This document shows positions 38,001 through 45,809 of a DNA stretch of 64,000 nt, one piece after another (positions within the stretch are counted from its first letter, which is position 1; each line of letters opens with the position of its first letter). Source of the stretch: Alphaproteobacteria bacterium (GTDB lineage: Bacteria > Pseudomonadota > Alphaproteobacteria > CASFRQ01 > SAAU01). The notes under the pieces were generated by a model. The model ran no database searches. It was not told the origin of the DNA and worked only from the letters and a program-made list of their open reading frames with translations. Made by a program: the position numbers and the translations under genes. Location: assembly GCA_009929265.1 (NCBI GenBank), contig SAAU01000002.1, positions 14,668-78,667 of the forward strand. Direction: 5' to 3'.

Positions 38001-41000
38001 AAAACACCATCTTGTGCATTTTTATAAACACTATAGGCTTTTCCATTTGGCATTACATAAGAAGTCACATTTCCAAGTGCATTCAAAACATAATGAGAAG
38101 AAATCAACTTTCCAATCAAAGTTCCATTATTATCTACAACTTGATTTTGACCAATCACACGACCAACAAACATTCCTTTGTCATTCTTAATTGTTCCTTC
38201 TTCAGACATAAAGCCAATCACATCTCCATAAGAGCCAATCACTTTTGTATCATAAGGGACATAACTTCCCACAACAGATCCTGTTTTTGAAATCAATCGA
38301 TTGTCAAAGGTAATGGACAAATCTTTATCTACACCATTTGAAAGAATTTTGCCTTCAAAAGAAATGCGACCGATTAAATGTCCCTTTTCATCCAAAGCAA
38401 CCCCAGGAATCAACAATCGTCCAATCCATAATCCTTCAGGAGAAATAATTTTTGTTCCAAAAAGCGTTCCGAGTACATTTCCAAGACGACCATAAACTTT
38501 CCCGTCAACAGAAACTCTTCCCAAGAAACGACCGTTCATATCTAGAGCAGATCCTTGTTGAATCAAAGAGGCAATATGCTCCCCTTTATCTCCAACAGCA
38601 TTTCCATAAGGAAGGGCTTGAGCTAAATGCTTGCCTTCTAAATCCTTAACTTCCCCATTGAAATCTAAAGAGCCTTTAAGTTTACTATCTGTTCCAACAA
38701 AAGCGCCCAATCGAACCAAAGATCCAACATATTCTCCTAAAGGAGAAATCACATCAAACCCAAAAGTCAAAGAGCCAAACTCTTTTCCTTCTTTTCCAAG
38801 AATTTTTCCCTCAACGTTTACATACCCTAAAACGTTTCCTTCATTCCCGATTGCAAGAGAGAAAGCAGGGAAAACCCGTCCGATAACGATCCCTTTGTCA
38901 TCAACAACAGTTCTATCTAATAAAACCGTTCCAATATTTGTCTTATCAGAGGACAAAACAGATCCGTCTTGAGAAATAAGACCAATTTGTTCATTATTCC
39001 AGCCTAGAACAGCCCCTGTTGGCATAACGCCCCCAATGACATTCCCTTCTAAATTAATAACAGTTTCGTCAGCTCGAACAGATCCAATTTCTTTTCCTGT
39101 AAAATCTCTAACTTTCCCCTCGTCTTGAAGAGCTCCAATAATTTTACCCTCTAAATCAATAATTCTTGCGCCATCTTGAATTAAAGAACCCAAAATCTTC
39201 TTATCGCCTAAAGAGATAACCGTTAAATCCGGAAGAACTGTAGCAAAAGGATTTCCTTCTAAATCAAACCCTTTTCCCTTTTCGGCATTAAAACGACCTA
39301 AGTATTTTCCATCCATAGAGATAATAGCCCCACTAGGAGGAATGAAGCCAGTCACTTCATTGTTTAAATTGACAACTTGACCGTTTTGAAGGACAAGTCC
39401 GACTTTTCTATTTTTTTCATCAATGACATCAGATCCGGAAACTTCCCAAGGTTGAATAGCTCCAAAAGCATCCAAAATCAAGCCTTTCCAAGTAGAAGAG
39501 AGCAACATTTTTCCATTTGTATCAACCATGCTTTTATCAGGATTGACACATCCGATAACATTTCCTCCTCTATCAACAACTTTTCCGTCAACACGAACCG
39601 TTCCGATGATTTTTCCAGAAGCATCTAATGCATTTCCAGAAGGAGACGCCGCCCCAATAATCTGTCCTTTTTCGTCAATCACATTCTTTGTTTGATCAAC
39701 ACATCCAACCTTTTGTCCTACCGTGCTATAAACAGAACCATCTAACGCGATAAGGCCTAATAAATGACATCCTTCAGAAATGGCCACACCCCGTGGAACA
39801 ACAGCTCCGATGATTTTGGCATTCACATCTTTGACATAGCCAGAATCTGTCACATTTCCAATATAAGAAGAATTTTCGTTTAACACTTGACCATTTGGAA
39901 TCACATATCCGATTTGTTTACATCCAAATCCCACAACGATCCCATGAGGAATAACAGATCCCAAAACACGTTCTGGCATACCCACATGACCATTCGTCAT
40001 CAAGCACCCTAAAACATTTCCGTCTTTATCTACGGCTTTCCCTTCAGAATTGACAAAGCCCATAATCTTATTTTGAGCATCGATTAAAGCGCCTTCTCTG
40101 ATAACCTTTCCAACAGGAATCCCATTCATATTAAAGACATTTCCGTCAATAGAGGCAACCCCCGTCTGTTTTCCAGAGGCGTCTAAGACTTTTCCATCCG
40201 CAGAAACACGGCCATAGGATTGGCAAGCGCTTCCAACAGCAACACCCTTTGGAACAATTCCTCCAATGATATTTTTATTATCATCTAAAACAAACCCTTC
40301 TGGGGAAATCATCCCCATTTTTTGGTAAGAAGAATTAACCACAGATCCGTCTGTTAAGGTAATTCCCATCACTTTTGATGTGAGATTAAGAGCAACCCCC
40401 CAAGGCATAACAGAACCAATAATTTTACCTTGTAAATCTGAAACTAATGCATTGGAAAGAACCGTTCCAACAACTGTTCCACTTTTATCTTGAACCGTGC
40501 CATCTTCCTTAACTCGACCTAAAACTTCCCCTTGCATATTCAAAACAGGAAGAAGAGGAACGACACCCCCTAAAATTTCCAGCTTAGAATTTACAATTGT
40601 TCCATCTGGGAGTGTTTTTCCAATTTTCTTATCTTCAAAATCAACCACTTCTCCAGTTGTTAAAACTTTTCCTATCACTTTGTTTTGTAAGGAAAGAGGA
40701 ATTTTTTGAGGTTGAGCAATTCCAATAATATCCCCTTCTTTATTCATGACCATTTCGCGGTCAGAATTCGTCCCAACAACATTTCCGTTTTTATCAATCG
40801 TTCCAACCAAACGACCGCTTTTATCGTAGACTCTATCCCCCACGACTTGGAATCCTGTCGGACGCCCCTTGTCATCCACAATTTCTCTTCTAGAAAGAAT
40901 CTTAAACCCTTTAATCTCGTTGCCTTCTAAATCAAATAGCTTTCCATTTTCATCAGCGTGCCCGACTAAAGTTCCGTCCTCGTCATAAACATCCTTTCCA

Positions 41001-42361
41001 ACAACACGTAAAGAGGTTGGATTTCCATTTTGATCTAAAATAACTTTTCCCAAAACAGCTTTCATACCGGTTGGTTTTCCGTCTAATCCCAAAACGTTTC
41101 CGTTTTCATCAACCGTTCCGACCAAATTTCCATCTTTGTCATAGACTTCTTTTCCAATAACGCGAAGAGAAGTTGGACGTCCATTTTTATCCAAAACAAC
41201 GCGACCTGGGACCGCCTTCAAATCCAAGATTTTTCCGTCTTTATCAATAGAGCCGACAAAATTGCCTTTACTATCATAAACTTCTTTACCGACAACTTGA
41301 TAATCTGTCAATTTTCCGTCTTTGTCGACAATAAGAGTTCCGTCAACGGCTTTTAATCCTGTTGAAGAACCATCTAATCCTAAGACATTTCCGTCTTTAT
41401 CAATCGTCCCGATAAGATTGTTCTTTTCGTCATAAACGCGACCTTTAATCACTCGGAATCCTGTTGGTTTCCCATCTACTCCGATAACATCTCCGCTTTC
41501 AGAAATATTACCAATCAAGTTTCCTTTTTTATCGTAAACTTTGTCGCCAACAATCTTCCAGCCTTCCGAAACCTTTCCTTTAGAACCGATAAAAGACCCT
41601 TCTTCAGAGAAAAATCCAACAATCTCGCCATCTTTATCAACGACATTTCCATTTTCATCAACATAGCCGACGACTTTACCGTCTAAACCAACAACAACAC
41701 GACCTTTTGTGTAATCCTTTTTATCGCCACCGTTTTCACAAATAACGCAATTTTTCGAATCAATTGATTGGCCTATAATCGTAATTAAAGTCTTTTGTTC
41801 TGCCGTTTCCAAACGTTCATTAATACTTAAATCTTTCCATTTTAAGAGAAGATTGTTTTGAATACGCCGAATTGAAATTGGATTCCAGAGCACTTTAATT
41901 GTGCAGGAATCTTCAGCAGATAATCTTAAATTTTCAGGACATTTTGATTCAATTTCAAACCCCTCAGATTGGTTTTCAACAAAAAAGGCAGAAAGAAATT
42001 GAATATCGCCGCCCTTTGCCGTTAAAGTAATAATTGCCTCAGCGTGACTACCAATAACAACTTGATCCAATTCAACTTTTTTTGGAGCAACTTCTAAAGA
42101 AACCGGAACCTTTTTAACTTCCGATAAGACCTTTAAAGAAGTATCTTCAACTTTCTTAAACGGATCTTCCGTCGTTGTTAAATCAGGTTCAATAACGTCT
42201 ACTTCCTTTTCTGGTTCATGGAATAAATATCCCAAACCAATAAAAAAGAAAACAACAGCCAAAAATCCAATTAAAAATAAAATTCGATTAGATTTTTTTA
42301 AATATCTCTCTGAAGAGCTTAATAATTTATCATCTTTCATTGTGTTTTTACAACCGAACAA
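35078..42361 (-). CDS. virB10: T4SS VirB10/TrbI-family protein, giant form (2,427 aa) with a roughly 1,700-aa internal repeat array
   Basis: The layout is a short cytoplasmic N-terminus, one TM helix (ILFLIGFLAVVFFFIGLGYLF), a huge repeat region, and a canonical TrbI/VirB10 C-terminal domain. That domain reads ...AVIVRSIDSRYPNVPVTAVVERNIYTEDGRNIIIPSGSRVIGSMSG...ISWNRLIRPDGSAF and is followed by an acidic, Pro-rich tail. Confidence 0.8.
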   Translation of the reverse strand: MFGCKNTMKDDKLLSSSERYLKKSNRILFLIGFLAVVFFFIGLGYLFHEPEKEVDVIEPDLTTTEDPFKKVEDTSLKVLSEVKKVPVSLEVAPKKVELDQVVIGSHAEAIITLTAKGGDIQFLSAFFVENQSEGFEIESKCPENLRLSAEDSCTIKVLWNPISIRRIQNNLLLKWKDLSINERLETAEQKTLITIIGQSIDSKNCVICENGGDKKDYTKGRVVVGLDGKVVGYVDENGNVVDKDGEIVGFFSEEGSFIGSKGKVSEGWKIVGDKVYDKKGNLIGNISESGDVIGVDGKPTGFRVIKGRVYDEKNNLIGTIDKDGNVLGLDGSSTGLKAVDGTLIVDKDGKLTDYQVVGKEVYDSKGNFVGSIDKDGKILDLKAVPGRVVLDKNGRPTSLRVIGKEVYDKDGNLVGTVDENGNVLGLDGKPTGMKAVLGKVILDQNGNPTSLRVVGKDVYDEDGTLVGHADENGKLFDLEGNEIKGFKILSRREIVDDKGRPTGFQVVGDRVYDKSGRLVGTIDKNGNVVGTNSDREMVMNKEGDIIGIAQPQKIPLSLQNKVIGKVLTTGEVVDFEDKKIGKTLPDGTIVNSKLEILGGVVPLLPVLNMQGEVLGRVKEDGTVQDKSGTVVGTVLSNALVSDLQGKIIGSVMPWGVALNLTSKVMGITLTDGSVVNSSYQKMGMISPEGFVLDDNKNIIGGIVPKGVAVGSACQSYGRVSADGKVLDASGKQTGVASIDGNVFNMNGIPVGKVIREGALIDAQNKIMGFVNSEGKAVDKDGNVLGCLMTNGHVGMPERVLGSVIPHGIVVGFGCKQIGYVIPNGQVLNENSSYIGNVTDSGYVKDVNAKIIGAVVPRGVAISEGCHLLGLIALDGSVYSTVGQKVGCVDQTKNVIDEKGQIIGAASPSGNALDASGKIIGTVRVDGKVVDRGGNVIGCVNPDKSMVDTNGKMLLSSTWKGLILDAFGAIQPWEVSGSDVIDEKNRKVGLVLQNGQVVNLNNEVTGFIPPSGAIISMDGKYLGRFNAEKGKGFDLEGNPFATVLPDLTVISLGDKKILGSLIQDGARIIDLEGKIIGALQDEGKVRDFTGKEIGSVRADETVINLEGNVIGGVMPTGAVLGWNNEQIGLISQDGSVLSSDKTNIGTVLLDRTVVDDKGIVIGRVFPAFSLAIGNEGNVLGYVNVEGKILGKEGKEFGSLTFGFDVISPLGEYVGSLVRLGAFVGTDSKLKGSLDFNGEVKDLEGKHLAQALPYGNAVGDKGEHIASLIQQGSALDMNGRFLGRVSVDGKVYGRLGNVLGTLFGTKIISPEGLWIGRLLIPGVALDEKGHLIGRISFEGKILSNGVDKDLSITFDNRLISKTGSVVGSYVPYDTKVIGSYGDVIGFMSEEGTIKNDKGMFVGRVIGQNQVVDNNGTLIGKLISSHYVLNALGNVTSYVMPNGKAYSVYKNAQDGVLTFGGSVIGPDGFIRGKLAPEGLSLGLDLTPFGNVFESGEVIKESQSVARAFPNSVVFDASNVTTGMITKPNVVVDKTGKVVGRTSVSNSVVNFDGRRIGTLMPYGSVLTNENEYVGEVLKSGVVVDGVGRPLGVVASDGIILNKNQDINGRMVAGGVAVGQYSKDGYGTMPILGMNAPQGLWIDFAGQLTGRTLLDGQVVDMQNAPQGKVNDYGVVIKNDGTVNGTVVPLSVAVGENCSVLGTVQFDGTVKDASGALKGRVTTNGLVKGDHMFNLLGKVLPKGLVVDRCRIVGQPRPDGKIINGQGEVVGCLNPDKSAQTLQGEKIGGLIENGNMVISKQGDLLGRVLPNGNVVDMTGSFLGCASYDGKVMDQNGSEIGCVFEKGVVVDGQGNVQGLVKENGEVISSAGELLGYVQCSGKVVDENNKVVGSVVSGELLKDKSGKVIGSLNEKGEVSSLSGDLLMKIGKDGKLSNAAGDEIGNLQKDGSVLDTSGKNLGLAEDLLSKKESESAKGVRIFIDDDVFDVSGNGSILNNVGDIVGYIGEDGRPYATDGSSFVKKKKDNQEENQTRRVPPRPQKKQPKYSPQEVAQIQALMIARRQGMKQRLGSATIVPERRVLARAKIKKDKDWGLGKIVSTYPVDMSRMILKDKAIPAVIVRSIDSRYPNVPVTAVVERNIYTEDGRNIIIPSGSRVIGSMSGSPGTNRVAKMEISWNRLIRPDGSAFNFQATSGDAQGRGGVSAYLDEMFLAKYGKPILTSSVISALTYVTASDEIVTENSDSGTVAQSDRAQAAQDARANFINDMQQIFKDLIDDSSSTPPVVFVPSGTRLTIFSNEDLWLRSEDEDEEDLVKELGEADKKAKNAPQEYKEGQRQIPTTVQTKDGRYIQGSGTYKPLDPQDAKVRAEDNPVPISDTPAPKPANPTGKSLSLNEIYSGNQGVVSYPVSAGDKIAEPVLPSTGDIQKSQTMSPDLF
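36650..41750 (-). repeat. Coding tandem-repeat array inside virB10. The 12-13-aa units have the form (V/I)x(V/Y)(D)xxGxx(I/V/L)G, and parts are organised in roughly 50-aa higher-order units
   Basis: Examples include VYDKKGNLIGNI, VYDEKNNLIGTI, VLGLDGKPTGMKAV and VYDKDGNLVGTVDENGNVLGLDGKPTG. Higher-order DNA repeats occur, for example ttccgtctttatcaat(a/c)g.gccgacaa near 41230 and again near 41390. Confidence 0.75.
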
Positions 42362-43836
42362 GTTACACCACGTTTTGAAAGTCGATTACAAATCGAATCA
42401 GCTTTCTCCAATTTTTTCACAGGCCCAATTCTTAACCTAAAGAAGTCTTTTCCATTTCCATTGGCATTGGCATCAACAGAAAAGTAAGGTTCATATCCCC
42501 TTAAGACATCTTCATTTCTTCGAATAATTCTATCCCATAAAGTTTCTAATTTTGCAATTTGATCATCGGCACCTAATTCAATAGCAATCGTATCTGAAAC
42601 AGCTGAATCCATTTCGTAAGGATTAACGCCTTTTGCGCTTATGCCGCTCATCACATCAACAATTCCTGATGCAGCTTGAGGAGAATTTGCAACTCCCTTT
42701 GGAAGTGGACGAAGAGGAGACATTTCTTTTTGCATAGAAGACCCCAAAGTCATCCCTGCATTCATAGAAACACTGCCTGCATTTTGAGCACTTTGTGCTT
42801 CTTTTTGCTTTGAACCACTGTAATCAACATATTGTCCTGCGGAAGGATCTCTACGAAGTTTTAAGCAAATAAGGCGCTTTCCATTTCTTAAAACCATATC
42901 GCCAATACCTTCAACGACAATCAAACGTCCATGATCCCCTTTTGTTCGAAATCCAACAGGGACTTCAGAATCTTGCACAAGCATATTAACAATAGGCCGT
43001 TGCGTCATTGTTAGAACCTTTGGCCCCAAATCAATATAAGTAAAAATATCATCTCTCCACACACGTTCTGGAGCAATTTCAATATCTTCAGGATTTGGAA
43101 TATAAACATCTATGTCAAAACGAAAATTTTCTGGATTAACAGGGATGGATTCCATCATAGAATTTGAAGACGTTTTTGTCCCCGATTTAGATCCAAAAGA
43201 ATTTCCAAGGCCCGAAGAAGAAGCCCGCATAGACACCCCTTGTTTATTATCAGAAAGTTGTCCCCCTGCATTTGAAGGCGTATTCTTTGGCCCCACCAAA
43301 ACATCCACAACAGAGTGGGTAATTCTATCTGTGTTGTAGGTTTCACTTCTTAAATAGAAAACGTATCTATTTCCAGAGCGGCCAAAAATAATTAAGTTGC
43401 TATCAACCCCAATATAAGTTGGATCCGCGTAGAGCAAGAGTGAGTTAGGGGCGGCAATTTCCCCTCCAAAAGACTCGGGAGATCCAATATGGACTTTTTC
43501 AATCAATTCCCAAGGAGGCAGATTGATAAGGGTCATCATTCCTTCTCTTAACCGAACAGGAAGAACAACATCTGGCGTCCACATGTAGCGAGAGTATCCA
43601 GGCTTTGTTTGCCCTTCCCCTAAATGCTGCATCGGATCATTCCATGCTTTTTGTTGCATCCCTAAAGAGTGGATATAATTCAGGTTCATTGTATCAAATT
43701 CACCTGAGGTTTGCGCCACTGCATCGTTTAATTGGTTCACGTCTGTTTTGCTTGGCTGTTGGGCAGAAGCACTGACCGCAAACGCCCCAAAAGCAACAGT
43801 TGCTAAAATAAGTTTTTTTAAATAAATTTTTGCCAT
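42337..43836 (-). CDS. virB9: T4SS outer-membrane core protein VirB9 with C-terminal SPOR-like extension
   Basis: A signal peptide precedes the VirB9 N- and C-domains (...GRLIVVEGIGDMVLRNGKRLICLKL). About 170 extra C-terminal residues end in ...DFFRLRIGPVKKLEKADSICNRLSKRGVTCSVVKTQ. Confidence 0.75.
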   Translation of the reverse strand: MAKIYLKKLILATVAFGAFAVSASAQQPSKTDVNQLNDAVAQTSGEFDTMNLNYIHSLGMQQKAWNDPMQHLGEGQTKPGYSRYMWTPDVVLPVRLREGMMTLINLPPWELIEKVHIGSPESFGGEIAAPNSLLLYADPTYIGVDSNLIIFGRSGNRYVFYLRSETYNTDRITHSVVDVLVGPKNTPSNAGGQLSDNKQGVSMRASSSGLGNSFGSKSGTKTSSNSMMESIPVNPENFRFDIDVYIPNPEDIEIAPERVWRDDIFTYIDLGPKVLTMTQRPIVNMLVQDSEVPVGFRTKGDHGRLIVVEGIGDMVLRNGKRLICLKLRRDPSAGQYVDYSGSKQKEAQSAQNAGSVSMNAGMTLGSSMQKEMSPLRPLPKGVANSPQAASGIVDVMSGISAKGVNPYEMDSAVSDTIAIELGADDQIAKLETLWDRIIRRNEDVLRGYEPYFSVDANANGNGKDFFRLRIGPVKKLEKADSICNRLSKRGVTCSVVKTQ

Positions 43837-43915
43837 TGAATCACTCTTTTTTTTATGAAAAACGTCTCTTTTTATGTTTTACATCAAAAGGATAGGTAAA
43901 GTCTACTAAAAACCA

Positions 43916-44680
43916 CTATCCTTTCGGCTGATTTTCTTTATTTGTTGTTCCTTTTTGCCGAATTGCATATTGAACAACCGTAAATCCCAAAGGATTTTTT
44001 AATCTATATGCGTATTGAACATCCTGATTAGCTCGATAAATAATCCTCAACATAATAAGCCATCTTGTGCGAACAGGCTCTTTAATCGTTGGGAGCATAT
44101 CCACTGTATCAAGCTCAATTTGCCAAACGTCCCCTTTGGCAGTATTTGAGGCCGTCTTAAGAACAGAAAGAATCTCTATATCCCTTGTAAAACCTTCTTT
44201 ACGAATTTTTTCAAACGCCCCAACCGTTGTTTTTACAAAATCATTAAAAACAACATCTGAAGACATCCATTTAACAGGGCCTTGTGTATTCCACCGATTA
44301 AGAACCTCGTTAATATCAAACGTAATTTTAAGACGAGCCAAAAGATATTGTCGAATATAAGACTCTGTAATTAAAGACATCGTCTCCTCTGACGCCCCAA
44401 GAGGACGCACCCGAACAATTTGCTCTGACTTATCTTGAAAAGTCAAATAAAACGGCTGAACCCTTGTCACTGGAAGGATATAAAACAACCCCAGCAACAG
44501 AACAATATTAGCGCATAAACTCATCGCCACAACAATCGCAAAAGAGCGTGCTGTCCAAAGATAGCGACGTTCTCTTAAACTTTCTTCTGAAATTTCTTTT
44601 TCTATATCAAAGGAGGCTTCGTCAATTTTAGGCAAAGACTGTTTTGAAGAAAAAGAAGACTTACGTGTTGTGGGTTTCAT
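43916..44680 (-). CDS. virB8: T4SS VirB8 (copy b)
   Basis: It is bitopic, with an N-terminal TM helix and an NTF2-like periplasmic domain. The C-terminal signature reads NPLGFTVVQYAIRQ. Confidence 0.75.
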   Translation of the reverse strand: MKPTTRKSSFSSKQSLPKIDEASFDIEKEISEESLRERRYLWTARSFAIVVAMSLCANIVLLLGLFYILPVTRVQPFYLTFQDKSEQIVRVRPLGASEETMSLITESYIRQYLLARLKITFDINEVLNRWNTQGPVKWMSSDVVFNDFVKTTVGAFEKIRKEGFTRDIEILSVLKTASNTAKGDVWQIELDTVDMLPTIKEPVRTRWLIMLRIIYRANQDVQYAYRLKNPLGFTVVQYAIRQKGTTNKENQPKG

Positions 44681-44697
44681 CTTCTATTCCTTAATGC

Positions 44698-44883
44698 TTA
44701 GGAAATAAACCAATTAGGTAAAGTTCTTGGTAAATCTAATTTCAAGCAAGCACAAGGAGATTTTTTAAGTTCGGAATGATCAATCCCAATTCCAACAGGC
44801 TCTTTATCGTAAAGAGATCCACAAGAGGCAAGAGCCGAACACAAAAGGATCGCCCCCATACATTTAATAACTGTTTTATTCAT
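44698..44883 (-). CDS. virB7: T4SS lipoprotein VirB7-like (61 aa)
   Basis: It has a signal peptide with a lipobox (LASC) and two further cysteines. It sits between the two virB8 paralogs, as in the rvh system. Confidence 0.55.
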   Translation of the reverse strand: MNKTVIKCMGAILLCSALASCGSLYDKEPVGIGIDHSELKKSPCACLKLDLPRTLPNWFIS

Positions 44884-44953
44884 TTTAACCCCTTTCGTCT
44901 AAAATTAACTAAAATCACTATAACAAACTCCTTTTAGAGACGCAACAGCAAAT

Positions 44954-45625
44954 TTATTCCCTTTTCTTTATGGAAAATCTATAATCCATTACCGTCATGC
45001 CGACAGGATTGATAATATTCTTTCCGTAGTAAATTCTTTCCTTTAAATCCTGAATATATAAAGCAGCAATATAGCGAACAACCAAAGGCGGTGTTCCGTC
45101 GGAGGAAAACGTCCTTGCATCAAACTCGACCTGCCAATTATTCCCCACATGAGACGTTTTAATAATGTTAATATCTACAACGGGAGCAGCCTCGTTCACA
45201 TAGTTTGAAATATTGGTCATATATGTCTTGTAAAAAGAAGCATACACTTTATCTCCTGCCAACGTATAAATATCCCCGCCATAATTCCAACGGCGCGTTA
45301 ATTCGATTTCGTCAGGGAAAGTTGAATGGTATCGCTCAACAAAAAACCGTATAAGGGTTTCATGGATTTTATCAATAGATTGAATCTGATTGTCAATAGG
45401 CTCAATTTGAACGGTCTCTTTTGACGTCATTTCTTGCGTCACAGGAAGAGCAACCACCCGAAGATAAGGAAGAAGCTGTAAAAAGAAGATAGTAAAAATA
45501 AAATTCAAAAAAAGCAGGAAAAAGGCCAAAATCATAACAAGCGAAGAAATCCACTCTGCTCGATAAATTCTTTTTTTCATCAGCTGAGAGCGAAGGTAAA
45601 TTGTCTCTTCTTTATTTTCTTGCAT
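44954..45625 (-). CDS. virB8: T4SS VirB8 (copy a, divergent paralog)
   Basis: It has an N-terminal TM helix. The NTF2-like domain ends INPVGMTVMDYRF. Confidence 0.7.
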   Translation of the reverse strand: MQENKEETIYLRSQLMKKRIYRAEWISSLVMILAFFLLFLNFIFTIFFLQLLPYLRVVALPVTQEMTSKETVQIEPIDNQIQSIDKIHETLIRFFVERYHSTFPDEIELTRRWNYGGDIYTLAGDKVYASFYKTYMTNISNYVNEAAPVVDINIIKTSHVGNNWQVEFDARTFSSDGTPPLVVRYIAALYIQDLKERIYYGKNIINPVGMTVMDYRFSIKKRE

Positions 45626-45759
45626 GGCAACCTCTTCTTATTGGACTTTTTAAAGTCATACTCCAAAAAAAAATTTTACGCAAGTAGAAGATGAACCCGC
45701 CTTAAAATATCTCTTTTAAAAAGACGAACGCATCCAAAAATACTTTTTCTTTTAAAAAA

Positions 45760-45792
45760 GCAAAAAAAAGGCTTCTTAAAAAAGAAGCCTCC
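45760..45792 (-). terminator. Rho-independent terminator after the upstream secreted-protein gene set
   Basis: The hairpin aggcttctt/aaaaa/agaagcct is followed on the minus strand by a run of eight T. Confidence 0.6.
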
Positions 45793-45809
45793 TTTTCATC
45801 TGTTTATCT

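Noticed and set aside
36650-41750. Possible CRISPR-like or non-coding tandem repeat array
   Set aside because: The repeats are imperfect and in frame. They are fully contained in the single long virB10 ORF and have no spacer/repeat regularity, so they are coding repeats and not a CRISPR array.
35102-42361. Numerous 60-115-aa ORFs inside and antisense to virB10, virB6, secA, nrdD and other genes (for example 36185-36475, 38631-38972, 40497-40930, 1020-1394, 3206-3550)
   Set aside because: They overlap long, well-supported genes on the opposite strand or in alternate frames. They have low-complexity composition typical of AT-rich antisense frames and no SD or start context.
45626-45759. Spacer between the secreted-protein cluster and virB8 as a possible additional small gene such as virB2 or virB3
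   Set aside because: No ORF with SD and hydrophobic pilin-like product is present. The region holds a terminator and a likely promoter only.
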